From contig CAVQOW010000010.1 of the NCBI GenBank assembly GCA_963714605.1, forward strand, positions 55,293-119,292: a DNA stretch of 64,000 bases, written 5' to 3'. A model generated the notes under the pieces. It worked only from the letters and a program-made list of their open reading frames with translations. It made no database searches and was not told the origin of the DNA. Shown piece after piece: positions 41,645 through 51,325 of this stretch. Position numbers and translations under genes: made by a program. Every line of letters begins with the position of its first letter. Position 1 is the first letter of the stretch. The DNA is from an uncultured Verrucomicrobiae bacterium (GTDB lineage: Bacteria > Verrucomicrobiota > Verrucomicrobiia > Limisphaerales > CAVQOW01).

Positions 41645-42673
41645 ATGGAAGACGAATCTAAAAATAATTTGAACGACCCCGAGCGATTAACGGCAATTCA
41701 TGACAACCAAACAACCAACCAAAATTTCCAACCCAAGCCATGCCATTTAGCTATTGCCCTCGCTGGTTTAACTGTTTTTTTGTCTTTTTTTGGATCCTCA
41801 TTTTTTGGGCGCCATACAGAATCAGTTGCCATGTATTTCTTCTGGCCCTTGTATTGGTTCGCACAACATTTTTATCCTCGAGGTGGAGGTGCTTGGTGGA
41901 TTCTGTTCGTCATTACTGTTTTTTTTATCTACGCGTATTTAGTTTGGTGGCTGCTAATTTTTGGCCTCATCAAATCGTCAAAGCATTTTCGATGGACTTT
42001 GGTTATGTGCGCTCTTTGTGCCGTAGGTTTGTTCTTGTCGCTAAAATCCTACCGATCGCAAGTGGACTGGACTTCGCGAGGATTGAACCCCAACCGACTT
42101 GGTTACAAACCTTCCGTCGTGCTACTGGCTGGAACAGTGGATTATCGTTTTACTGATTCGGAAACGCACTGGGTTCGTGCTGGAACAGCACGATTTGAAA
42201 TTCGGATGTGTGGATACGACCGTTACTATGAAATGCTCTGGACAGGTAACAGCCGAACCTACAACACATTTGCGTTTACGCGCATTGCGCTGACTAATTT
42301 TTACGGAACCTGGAATCGAAGTTTTGCAGGTTCAGGTCATCATGGGCGTGGTGGCAGTAGTGAAGGTGCTTACACGGGACTATTGCCGGGGCGCAGGCTA
42401 TGGAATGGCAACGAATTTGTTGGCGTCACTGACGAATTGACCGTCACCAATAAAAACCAGTCCGAAATATTCGCTAAATTTCAACAATTTGGCTCATACA
42501 AAATCCCTGGCGAGATTGAATTTATAGAAGGCGACCACCATGAGCTTTTTGTAGTGCGAAGGGTGGAATTTTTGCCGCAGCCAAACGAGGAATGGTTTGA
42601 TTTGGTTCGCGAAAAATATTTTGGAAACGACCAAAAGTTGAGAGGAATGGACTTGGGCGAGCCGGTTTGGTGA
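41645..42673 (+). CDS. hypothetical polytopic membrane protein in a low-GC (about 40%) segment
   Basis: 4 TM helices; composition deviates strongly from neighbours. Confidence 0.4.
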   Translation: MEDESKNNLNDPERLTAIHDNQTTNQNFQPKPCHLAIALAGLTVFLSFFGSSFFGRHTESVAMYFFWPLYWFAQHFYPRGGGAWWILFVITVFFIYAYLVWWLLIFGLIKSSKHFRWTLVMCALCAVGLFLSLKSYRSQVDWTSRGLNPNRLGYKPSVVLLAGTVDYRFTDSETHWVRAGTARFEIRMCGYDRYYEMLWTGNSRTYNTFAFTRIALTNFYGTWNRSFAGSGHHGRGGSSEGAYTGLLPGRRLWNGNEFVGVTDELTVTNKNQSEIFAKFQQFGSYKIPGEIEFIEGDHHELFVVRRVEFLPQPNEEWFDLVREKYFGNDQKLRGMDLGEPVW

Positions 42674-42855
42674 AATTTCAACTCCGCATCGTCCACACAT
42701 CCACCGCTTCCATGCCAGCGGCGTGAATGGCTTGCATTCCCAAATCCGCGTCTTCGTAAGCGCGGCAGAATTGCGGCAGAACTGCTGTTTCGCAGGTTGT
42801 CAGACGCCGCATCTCCAGATAAATTCAAAGGCGTTGTTTTGTCCGATTTTGAATT

Positions 42856-44246
42856 ATGACCGTTTGGAACATCATTTACATCGTTGTCGCTGTTATTGTC
42901 CTTTTCGGGGCGGCGGTTTTCGTCCACGAATTCGGCCATTACTGGATGGCGTTGCGACGCGGGCTGAAGGTGGAGAAATTCGCCATCGGCTTCGGCCCGA
43001 AAATTTTTGGCTGGACGAAGAACGGCATCGAGTATGCCTGGCGGTTGATTCCCGCCGGCGGGTTCGTGGCGCTGCCGCAGATGGTCACGGCGGAGGCGCT
43101 CGAAGGGAAATCCGATTCCGCCGAACCGCTGCCGCCGATTTCACCGCTCTCGAAGATTCTCGTGTCGTTCGCCGGACCGTTCATGAACGTGGTGTTCGCG
43201 TATGTCATCGCGACGCTGCTGTATTTCATCGGCCTGCCGGTGCCGGTCAGCCCGCCGATCGTCGGGCATGTGGACCCGGCGTCGCCCGAAGGCCAGATGG
43301 GCATCCGCGAGGGAGACCGGGTGGTAATGCTGGACCACAAGCCCATCAAGTCGTGGGAGGAGATCATGGAATACACCATGATGGCCCGCACGAATGTGAT
43401 CCCGGTGGTGATGGTGCGGGGGAACGTCACTAACACTTACAACCTGACGACCAAGGTGAGCGAGGTCATCGGCTTGAAGATGTTGAACCTCGATCCGCGC
43501 GAACATCCGGTGGTCGGCGAGGTGGAGAACGGCATGCCGGCGGCGGCGGCGGGCATCCAGCCCGGCGACAAAATCCTGTCGGTGGGCGGGATTCCGGTCC
43601 CAGCAAGGACCGGATGATCGAGCTGATCTCCAAGGCGGCAGGCAAGCCGTGCGAGATTGTGTTTGTCCGCCAGAATGAGCAGAAGCGCGTGACGGTCACG
43701 CCGCGCTACGATCCCGTCAACAAACGCGCCCGCATTGGGGTGATTTTCGGCACGGGCGTTTACGAGGTGCAGCATCCGACGCCGTGGGCGCAGGTCAACG
43801 ATGTCGTTAACAAGATGGTCAGCACATTCGCGGCACTGCTGCATTCCAAACAAACCGGCGTGGGGGCGAAGGATTTGTCCGGGCCGGTGGGCATCTTCGC
43901 CATGCTGGCCGCGGAGGTGAACAGCGACTACCGGCTCGCGTTGAGCTTCCTAGTGCTGCTCAACATCAACCTGGCGTTCATCAACCTGCTGCCGGTGCCG
44001 GTGCTGGACGGCGGCCACATCACCATGGCCGTCCTGGAGCGCATTCGCGGCAGGGCGTTGAGCGCAAAGTTCGTGGAATACCTCACCACCGTTTTCGCCA
44101 CATTGCTCATCTCGTTCATCCTTTACGTGACGTTCTTCGACATCAAGCGCATCTCCCTGTTCCGCTATATGTTCAATTCGAAGCCGCAAATCCAGCAGCA
44201 GGAAACCGGCAACCCCGCCGTCGCGCCCGCTCCCAGCAAGCCATGA
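42856..44246 (+). pseudogene. rseP: RIP zinc metalloprotease RseP; frame break near 43610
   Basis: HEFGH motif, PDZ domain, second motif LPVPVLDGGH in the downstream ORF. Confidence 0.8.
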
Positions 44247-46018
44247 GATACTGCGAATCGCCCTACTTTTACAAACGCCGAAAAACGCGCGAGATCGTCG
44301 TTGGCGATCCCAACAACGGCGGCTTTGTCATGGGCGGCAACCATCCTGTCGTCATGCAATCCATGCTCACGTGCGACACGATGGACACGGCGGAGTGCGT
44401 GAAGCAAACGCTCGACCTTGTGGCCGTCGGCTGCCAGCTCGTACGCATCACCGCCCCGACGGTAAAGGACGCGGCGAATTTGCAGAATATCGTCGCCGAA
44501 TTGCGGAAGCGTGGATGTAATGTGCCGATTGTCGCCGACATCCATTTCAAGCCTGACGCCGCGATGGAAGCCGTGAAATGGGTTGAGGTCGTGCGCGTGA
44601 ATCCCGGCAATTATGCCGATTCGAAAAAATTCGCAACCAAGGAATACACCGACGAGCAATACGCCGCCGAGTTGAAGCGCATTGAGGAAAAATTTGCGCC
44701 GCTCGTGCTGGAAGCGAAACGGTTGAAGCGTTGCCTTCGCATCGGCACGAACCACGGCTCGCTTAGCGACCGCATCATGAACCGGTATGGCGACACGCCG
44801 CTGGGCATGGTCGAGAGCGCGCTGGAGTTTGCCCGCATCTGCCGCAAGCACGACTTTCACAACTTCAAATTCTCGATGAAGGCGAGCAACCCGAAGGTGA
44901 TGATCGAGTGCTATCGGTTGCTCGTCGCGCGGCTGGAACAGGAAGGGCCGGACTGGAATTATCCGATTCACCTCGGCGTCACCGAGGCGGGCGAAGGCGA
45001 GGATGGCCGAATCAAATCCGCCATCGGCATCGGTTCGCTACTTTGCGACGGTTTGGGCGATACGATTCGCGTTTCGCTTACGGAAGATTCGCCCCGTGAG
45101 ATTGAAGTGTGCCGCGACTTGCTGACGCAAATTCCGAGCCTTGCCAATCTGCAGCCTTCGACCTTCAATCTTCAACCTTCGTTTGACCCTTTTCACTTCG
45201 AGCGACGTGAGACGCCGGAAATCGAACTCGCTCTCGGCGTGAAATGCGGCGGCGAGCAACTCATCCGCGTCGTCGTCACGCACGCGACGTGGGACAAAGT
45301 CGCACCGAAGATTCGTCCCAAGGACGACGTGAAGCCGGAGGCGGTCTATGAAGACCTGAACGTCGCGGAAATTGATCCGATGCAGAACTTCGACATCAAC
45401 TGTGACACGCAACTCGTTACCGTGAAAGACGGCGTCCCGCATTGCGGGATTACCGCATTTCGCTTGCTCGCGGCAAAGTTGAAACACCTGGGACGGAAAA
45501 ACCCGATTCTGCTGAAAGATTGTCTAAGCTTCGATCCGACACCGCTCGAACCGAAAATCGCCTTGCTCCGCGCGTCGGTGGTCATTGGCTCGCTACTGGC
45601 GGATGGAATCGGCGACGCGATTTTGATTCGCGGAGAAAGCGGGGCGGGCCAATCGCTGCGGCTGGCTTACAACATTTTGCAGGCGGCGGGTTGCCGTTCG
45701 TTCAAGACCGATTACGTCGCGTGCCCGTCGTGCGGGCGAACGCTGTTCAACTTGCAGACTGTCACGGCGCGCATCAAGACGCGAACGGAGCATCTCAAAG
45801 GCGTGAAGATCGCGATCATGGGCTGCATCGTGAACGGCCCCGGCGAAATGGCCGATGCGGACTTCGGTTACGTGGGCGGCGCGCCCGGCAAGATCAATCT
45901 CTACGTCGGCAAGACGCCCATCAAATTCAATATTCCCGAAGCCGAAGCCGTGGAACGCCTCGTGGATTTGATTCGCGAACACGGAAAATGGGTTGAGCCG
46001 GAAATGGTGAATGCCTAA
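44243..46018 (+). CDS. ispG: 4-hydroxy-3-methylbut-2-enyl diphosphate synthase IspG, long form with internal insert
   Basis: 591 aa; TIM-barrel N-terminal part and CPSCGRT...GC...NG 4Fe-4S C-terminal part. Confidence 0.9.
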   Translation: MRYCESPYFYKRRKTREIVVGDPNNGGFVMGGNHPVVMQSMLTCDTMDTAECVKQTLDLVAVGCQLVRITAPTVKDAANLQNIVAELRKRGCNVPIVADIHFKPDAAMEAVKWVEVVRVNPGNYADSKKFATKEYTDEQYAAELKRIEEKFAPLVLEAKRLKRCLRIGTNHGSLSDRIMNRYGDTPLGMVESALEFARICRKHDFHNFKFSMKASNPKVMIECYRLLVARLEQEGPDWNYPIHLGVTEAGEGEDGRIKSAIGIGSLLCDGLGDTIRVSLTEDSPREIEVCRDLLTQIPSLANLQPSTFNLQPSFDPFHFERRETPEIELALGVKCGGEQLIRVVVTHATWDKVAPKIRPKDDVKPEAVYEDLNVAEIDPMQNFDINCDTQLVTVKDGVPHCGITAFRLLAAKLKHLGRKNPILLKDCLSFDPTPLEPKIALLRASVVIGSLLADGIGDAILIRGESGAGQSLRLAYNILQAAGCRSFKTDYVACPSCGRTLFNLQTVTARIKTRTEHLKGVKIAIMGCIVNGPGEMADADFGYVGGAPGKINLYVGKTPIKFNIPEAEAVERLVDLIREHGKWVEPEMVNA

Positions 46019-46572
46019 ACCAATGTGTTAAGCCCCCATTCCTTGCTTGACATATAACGAGTAGAAATGCGCAAAAAATCCACTTTTGACATTTGAAGCA
46101 ATATTTCGCCACCGATTTTGAGCGCTTCGGTTAATTTTTCCCTCGGCTCATCTTTCATCAACTCTGGATTGTGAATAAAAATCCATGTTTTGAGCGTCGT
46201 AAATAAAGGCACCGCTTCACGAGTTAAGGCTTCGTAAGTTATAACTGCATCAAGTAAAAATCCTTGCGGAGCTTCGGGGTTAAAATCCAATAAACCTTCA
46301 GGGTCTTTGTCCGCATGCTTAAAGAAATTCTCGTATCGGTTTATGGTCTCTCTCACCCTTTTTTCGTATCCTGGTCGAATACCTTCAATATCGCGAAGCA
46401 TAGATGGAGCACCCCGCGTTTTCCCAATATCGTGAAGTATTTGGTGGGCAGCGGCTGCTAGCGTATGTATGGAAACAGGGTCTTGAGAAAAAAACCACAA
46501 GCGAATGGCTGTTTCCAGTCGCCTTTTCGCAGCGTCTGTTTTGCTAACCTTTATCGTTGGGCGTTTATCCAT
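46015..46572 (-). CDS. hypothetical protein in a low-GC islet; possible HEPN-like Rx6H motif
   Basis: about 42% GC; RYENFFKH motif; no confident family assignment. Confidence 0.3.
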   Translation of the reverse strand: MDKRPTIKVSKTDAAKRRLETAIRLWFFSQDPVSIHTLAAAAHQILHDIGKTRGAPSMLRDIEGIRPGYEKRVRETINRYENFFKHADKDPEGLLDFNPEAPQGFLLDAVITYEALTREAVPLFTTLKTWIFIHNPELMKDEPREKLTEALKIGGEILLQMSKVDFLRISTRYMSSKEWGLNTLV

Positions 46573-46619
46573 GTTTGATTGATTAGATTGAACACTATTT
46601 GCGATATTCTGGCCCGTCT

Positions 46620-46875
46620 AGAGGAATAATTGGCCAATGAATCTCAACGGGATTTAATCCTTCAGCCCAGGGTTGCGTCGCAGACGCTACCCTGGGTCAA
46701 CCATCCAAAACAAATCCAACCCCAACGGGGTTGAATCATCATTCATCCGCCATGGATTCAACCCTTTCAGGGTTGATGAATTGTTTCCCTTTTCCCCGGT
46801 GTAGCCGATTTCATCGGCAACACCGGGCTGAATGATGCAATCCCTTCGGGATTGGGAAACCATTTGATTTCCCGT
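46620..46875. repeat. cluster of five short stem-loops (GGGTTG/CAACCC-type stems, several TTC loops)
   Basis: cccagggttg..ccctggg; caaccccaacggggttg; tcaaccctttcagggttga; ccccggtgtagccgatttcatcggcaacaccggg; caatcccttcgggattg. Confidence 0.6.
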
Positions 46876-46876
46876 T

Positions 46877-47089
46877 CTAGAAAGGTTTCGCGCCTACGGT
46901 GCTTCGTTGACGGAGTTTGATTTTCCGGCCAATTTTTATCATTCGGCCGTGTGGCCAATCGGGGTGTTTTTGTTTGACTAATTCGCCCAAAATGTCCAGC
47001 CGCTGTTCCGGGGTGAGGGACAAATAATATTCCCGATCTGCCTTGTCGGCTTCAGCAAAGGAGCTAAAGATGCGAGCCACTTTTTCCAC
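46877..47089 (-). CDS. small hypothetical protein (GTG start)
   Basis: 70-aa ORF ...FAEADKADREYYLSLTPEQRLDILGEL... Confidence 0.25.
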   Translation of the reverse strand: MEKVARIFSSFAEADKADREYYLSLTPEQRLDILGELVKQKHPDWPHGRMIKIGRKIKLRQRSTVGAKPF

Positions 47090-47198
47090 GCCAGAAGTTT
47101 ATCACTTGGTCGGGATTACGGACGGGAAATTTTGAGCGTATTGGACAGCCCGATTTGAAAGTCAGCACCACCGGCTGTTGAGCGGTTTCAGGACTTGA

Positions 47199-48371
47199 TC
47201 AAAAGCCGGTTTGCACGCAGCCCGTGTGTTGCGGGTTTGCCCGAAACATCGGCCAGGAACTTCGGGCGAGCGGTTCAGTTCCTTTGACGGCATACAACCC
47301 TTTGGCGGGATCCCAGCTTAACACGTACACGGTTCCGTCCGGCCCAATGACCGGCGACGAAGCCGACGCGTAAACCAAAAACACATTCCAGAGAAATTTC
47401 CCATCCGGCCCAAGCGCGAAGAGATGGCGGTCGTCTGAGGAAAAGAAGCTGGTCCCGTCCGCTGCAATTGCACCCGACGAGTCAATCTCGTCGCTGGGGG
47501 AGGCTTGCCAGATGGTGTATCGCCACGTCATCCGCCCGTCGCGGGTGATCGCGCAATAATTGCTGTTGATGCCGACATAAATGGTGCCGTCCGGGCCGAG
47601 CACAGGAGAGGATTCCGTGATGCCGCCGGTGTGGAGTTGCCATCGTTTCGTACCGTCAGGATTCAACGCGTAAAATTTGCCGTCCACCGAGGTGAAGTAG
47701 ATCGTGCCTTCGGGGCCGATGGCGGGCGAAGAGATGATTTGTCCGCCGGTTGCAAACTCCCAACGCTTGGTGCCGTCCGGATTCAGCGCGTAAAGTTTTT
47801 TGTCGTGAGAACCGAAATAAATCGCACCGTCCGTTCCGATGGCAGGCGACGAAACGATCGGGCCGCCAGTGGTAAAATCCCATTTTTTGAATCCGTCCGG
47901 CGAAAGCGCGTAAAATTTTCCGTCCCACGAACCGAAATAGATTGTGCCGTCAACACCAAGGGCTGGCGAGGAATCCACCCAGCCGCCGGTTTTGTATTCC
48001 CATTTCTGTTTCCCGTCGGGACGGACCGCATGAAGTTTGTGGTCGCGACACCCGACATAGACCGTTCCGTCGGCGCCGATGGCTGGAGACGATTTCATTT
48101 CAAAGCCAGTGGAAAACGTCCACCGTACCGTCGAGTCCGGATTGATCGCCCAAAGTTTCCCACGGTAGGTCGAAAAGTAAATCACCCCGTTGGTGCCCAC
48201 TGCGGGCGAAGCATCGCTGTAAGGTCCAATTTGAAGCGACCAAAGAATCGTGCCTTCGGGGTGGGCGACGAGGTTGCTGAAAGGCACAAGCAGCAGCCAG
48301 GCGGTCAGGAGAGGAAAGACAGCGTTCAAGTTGAGATGGATGTCATTCCGGCGGCGCGCCGACTTGTTCAT
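47199..48371 (-). CDS. PQQ-like beta-propeller repeat protein (BamB-like), secreted
   Basis: signal peptide; about 8 repeats of ...SSPAIG.DGTIYFGS.DGKLYAL.PDG..KW... Confidence 0.65.
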   Translation of the reverse strand: MNKSARRRNDIHLNLNAVFPLLTAWLLLVPFSNLVAHPEGTILWSLQIGPYSDASPAVGTNGVIYFSTYRGKLWAINPDSTVRWTFSTGFEMKSSPAIGADGTVYVGCRDHKLHAVRPDGKQKWEYKTGGWVDSSPALGVDGTIYFGSWDGKFYALSPDGFKKWDFTTGGPIVSSPAIGTDGAIYFGSHDKKLYALNPDGTKRWEFATGGQIISSPAIGPEGTIYFTSVDGKFYALNPDGTKRWQLHTGGITESSPVLGPDGTIYVGINSNYCAITRDGRMTWRYTIWQASPSDEIDSSGAIAADGTSFFSSDDRHLFALGPDGKFLWNVFLVYASASSPVIGPDGTVYVLSWDPAKGLYAVKGTEPLARSSWPMFRANPQHTGCVQTGF

Positions 48372-48494
48372 GCCCCGAAAGTAAAGTCGTGACGCGCTCA
48401 TTCCGCAATGACAAATCGCAACAGACGGAAATCGCCGCGATTCAAAACGCGGCGCTTGTCAAGGGCCGCCGCCGTCACTAACTTTCGCCCGTCT

Positions 48495-49424
48495 ATGGAA
48501 AGAGTTGTCATCATCGGATCGGGCTGTTCGGGTTGGACAGCGGCGCTGTATGCCGCGCGGTCGAATTTGCAGCCGCTGGTTCTGACTGGCGCGCAGCCGG
48601 GCGGCCTGCTCACAACCACGACCATCGTGGAAAATTTCCCCGGCTTCCCCGACGGCATTGATGGTTACGAACTGATGACCCGGATGCAAAAACAGGCCGA
48701 GCGATTCGGCGCGCGCGCCAAATTCGGCACCGTCGAGGCCGCGGATTTTTCCAAGCGACCGTTTGTCCTGACGGTGGACGGCGAACCGGTGGAAGCCCGG
48801 ACCGTCATCATTGCCACGGGCGCGAGCCATCGCCACCTTGGACTTGAAAGCGAAGCAAAGCTTGAAACCAAAGGCGTGACTTACTGCGCCACATGCGACG
48901 GCGCTTTGCCGGTTTTCCGCAATCAGCCGCTGGTCGTCGTGGGCGGCGGCGATTCCGCGTGCGAAGAAGCGCTTTATCTCACGCGCTTCGGATCGGTGGT
49001 TTATCTCATTCACCGCCGCGATAGTTTGCGCGCCTCCAAGATCATGGCCGGGCGGACGCTCTCAAATTCCAAGATCAAACCGATCTGGGATTCGGTGATG
49101 ACGGAGATCCTCGACGTAAAGCAGGACAAAGTCACGGGCGTGCGTCTGAAAAACTTGAAGACGAATGCTGAAAGCATGTTGGATTGCGCGGGGGTTTTCA
49201 TCGCCGTCGGGCACACGCCGAACACGCAGATTTTCAGAGGGGTGATCGAAATGGACGAAAACGGTTACATCATCCCCAAAAAAGGCACGATGACCAACGT
49301 GTCGGGCGTGTTCGTGGCGGGCGACTGCGCGGACCACGTTTATCGCCAGGCGATCACGGCTGCAGGCGCGGGATGTGCCGCGGCAATCGATGTGGAGCGC
49401 TACTTGGCCGCGCAAAACCAGTAA
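48495..49424 (+). CDS. trxB: thioredoxin-disulfide reductase
   Basis: GSGCSG FAD motif, redox CATC, GGGDSA NADPH motif. Confidence 0.85.
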   Translation: MERVVIIGSGCSGWTAALYAARSNLQPLVLTGAQPGGLLTTTTIVENFPGFPDGIDGYELMTRMQKQAERFGARAKFGTVEAADFSKRPFVLTVDGEPVEARTVIIATGASHRHLGLESEAKLETKGVTYCATCDGALPVFRNQPLVVVGGGDSACEEALYLTRFGSVVYLIHRRDSLRASKIMAGRTLSNSKIKPIWDSVMTEILDVKQDKVTGVRLKNLKTNAESMLDCAGVFIAVGHTPNTQIFRGVIEMDENGYIIPKKGTMTNVSGVFVAGDCADHVYRQAITAAGAGCAAAIDVERYLAAQNQ

Positions 49425-49542
49425 TAAGAACCGCCTGGTACCAGAAGCGGTTTACGTGTCATTGACTTGTCCAGATGGTCCCTTTCGCGGATTTCGTGAA
49501 GACCAAAAGCGGCAGAGCCCGTGTTACTTGATGAGAAGTTGG

Positions 49543-51318
49543 TTAGCTTGGCGTTGGTTTATCCGGTTTGGAATTCAGCATTTTATCCTTCTGCGGCTCA
49601 ACGTCCAATGGATGTTCCTCTTCATGCCAATGCTTCGAGACGCGGCCATCCCAGCAAGCCATATTCAGGGGATACACATCGGGATCAAAAATAACGTGGT
49701 AGAAGTGCCACACAACAATCGCCAGGCACGCCAGAACGGCTTCGTAATAATGAATCGTCAGTGCCACGTCCACCGCCCAGCGCGGCAGCCATTGCGTCAC
49801 GTCCATCTTGAACCAGATCATCAGTCCCGTAATGCCCATGATGATCGTGCCCCACACGACCGCCCAGTATTCCATTTTTTCCGCGTAACCAAATCTGCCG
49901 AGCTTTGGCTTTTCCTTGCTTAACCCGACGAGATAACGAATCGCGGTCCATACATCGGCCAAATCCTTTTTTACGGGGAACAAATCCATCACCAGCTTGC
50001 GCCCGTCCTTTGATGCGAGAATATAAATCACGTGATAAGCGCCGACCGCAAGCAATACAATGCCGGCAATACGATGACTCCAGCGCCGGAACGGTTCGCT
50101 CGAACCGAGCAGCCTCGCCACCCCTGAATCGGGAAACTTCAATGCAAATCCCGTGATCGCCAGCGTGACAAAACTCAAAGCAAGCACCGCATGTTGCCAA
50201 CGCTGCGCAAGGCTCATGCGCAAGACCGGTCTCCCGCTGGAACGCATGTGTGCGCTGACTTTCTTGAGAAACAACAGGAGGTTGTGCACAAACATCGCGC
50301 CAACCACACCGACGATCAGCATCAGATAAATCCGGCGCACCCACCAGTTGATCTGGTCGCCAATATCGGGCCCGCTTTTTGTGGCAGTGATGTCTGTGTG
50401 AATTTTGCCGAAAGCGAATTTCTCGTTGGCGCCGGGATGACATTTCCCGCATGTCTCGACAATATGGGCTTTGTTGATCGTTGAGTCCGGATCGGAGGAA
50501 GGCAGAATTTTGTGATAGCCGTGGCAGCTTGCGCAGTTGGCCGCAACCGTCGAACCGTAAGCAACCGCAAGACCGTGGTAGCTTTCAAAGAAGGTCTGCA
50601 CGCGGTCGGCAGGCAGATTGTACTTGGTATTGATTCGTTCCGACGCATGGCAGCGGCTGCATACGTCCTCGGAAATTTTCAATGAGGAATTCCCGCTCAA
50701 AGCCTGAATCTTGTGCTCCGAATGGCAGTCTGTGCAGGTCGGTGCCTCGCGTATGCCGGCTGCGGTCGCCTGGCCATGCACACTTTTCTCGACGTCGCGC
50801 GCTTCCTTCTCGTGGCACCGGCCGCAAGTTTCCGCAAGTCTGGAGAAGTAGAGTGGCGATTCAGGCGATGTCGGCGGCAGAAGTTCGTGCGAATCGTGGC
50901 AATCCACACACGTGGCCGAATCCAATTTCCCGGCGAGTATCGCCTGACCATGAATGCTTGCACCATAGGTTTCCGACTGCTTTGGGTGGCATTTGGCGCA
51001 AACAACTTTCTGCGCGGGCAGATTGTCGTCGGGATGCGTTGATTTGAGATCCGTGTGGCAGCTCGCGCAGGTATTCGTCCTGTGAACGGAAACTGCAAAT
51101 TTCGCTCCATCCACGAACAAGGAAACCTCTTTTCCCGCCGCGTTGGTCTTCGTGAGCGTTTTGTCGGAGTGACACTCCAGACAGTCGCTGTTCCTCATTG
51201 CATCAGCTGAAGTAACGTTCAGTGCAGCAACGGCTAAAAGGCCAAAAATGCCCTTCGCATTCAGACAGCATTTCGACAATTTCTGCATGACAATTTTCTT
51301 TCGCCTACGGGCCGGCAA
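49543..51318 (-). CDS. CbcL-like fusion: periplasmic 9-haem c-type cytochrome domain plus 5-TM dihaem b-type cytochrome (FdnI/HydC-like) domain
   Basis: nine CxxCH motifs; C-terminal TM helices with conserved His. Confidence 0.65.
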   Translation of the reverse strand: MPARRRKKIVMQKLSKCCLNAKGIFGLLAVAALNVTSADAMRNSDCLECHSDKTLTKTNAAGKEVSLFVDGAKFAVSVHRTNTCASCHTDLKSTHPDDNLPAQKVVCAKCHPKQSETYGASIHGQAILAGKLDSATCVDCHDSHELLPPTSPESPLYFSRLAETCGRCHEKEARDVEKSVHGQATAAGIREAPTCTDCHSEHKIQALSGNSSLKISEDVCSRCHASERINTKYNLPADRVQTFFESYHGLAVAYGSTVAANCASCHGYHKILPSSDPDSTINKAHIVETCGKCHPGANEKFAFGKIHTDITATKSGPDIGDQINWWVRRIYLMLIVGVVGAMFVHNLLLFLKKVSAHMRSSGRPVLRMSLAQRWQHAVLALSFVTLAITGFALKFPDSGVARLLGSSEPFRRWSHRIAGIVLLAVGAYHVIYILASKDGRKLVMDLFPVKKDLADVWTAIRYLVGLSKEKPKLGRFGYAEKMEYWAVVWGTIIMGITGLMIWFKMDVTQWLPRWAVDVALTIHYYEAVLACLAIVVWHFYHVIFDPDVYPLNMACWDGRVSKHWHEEEHPLDVEPQKDKMLNSKPDKPTPS

Positions 51319-51325
51319 TACCAGA

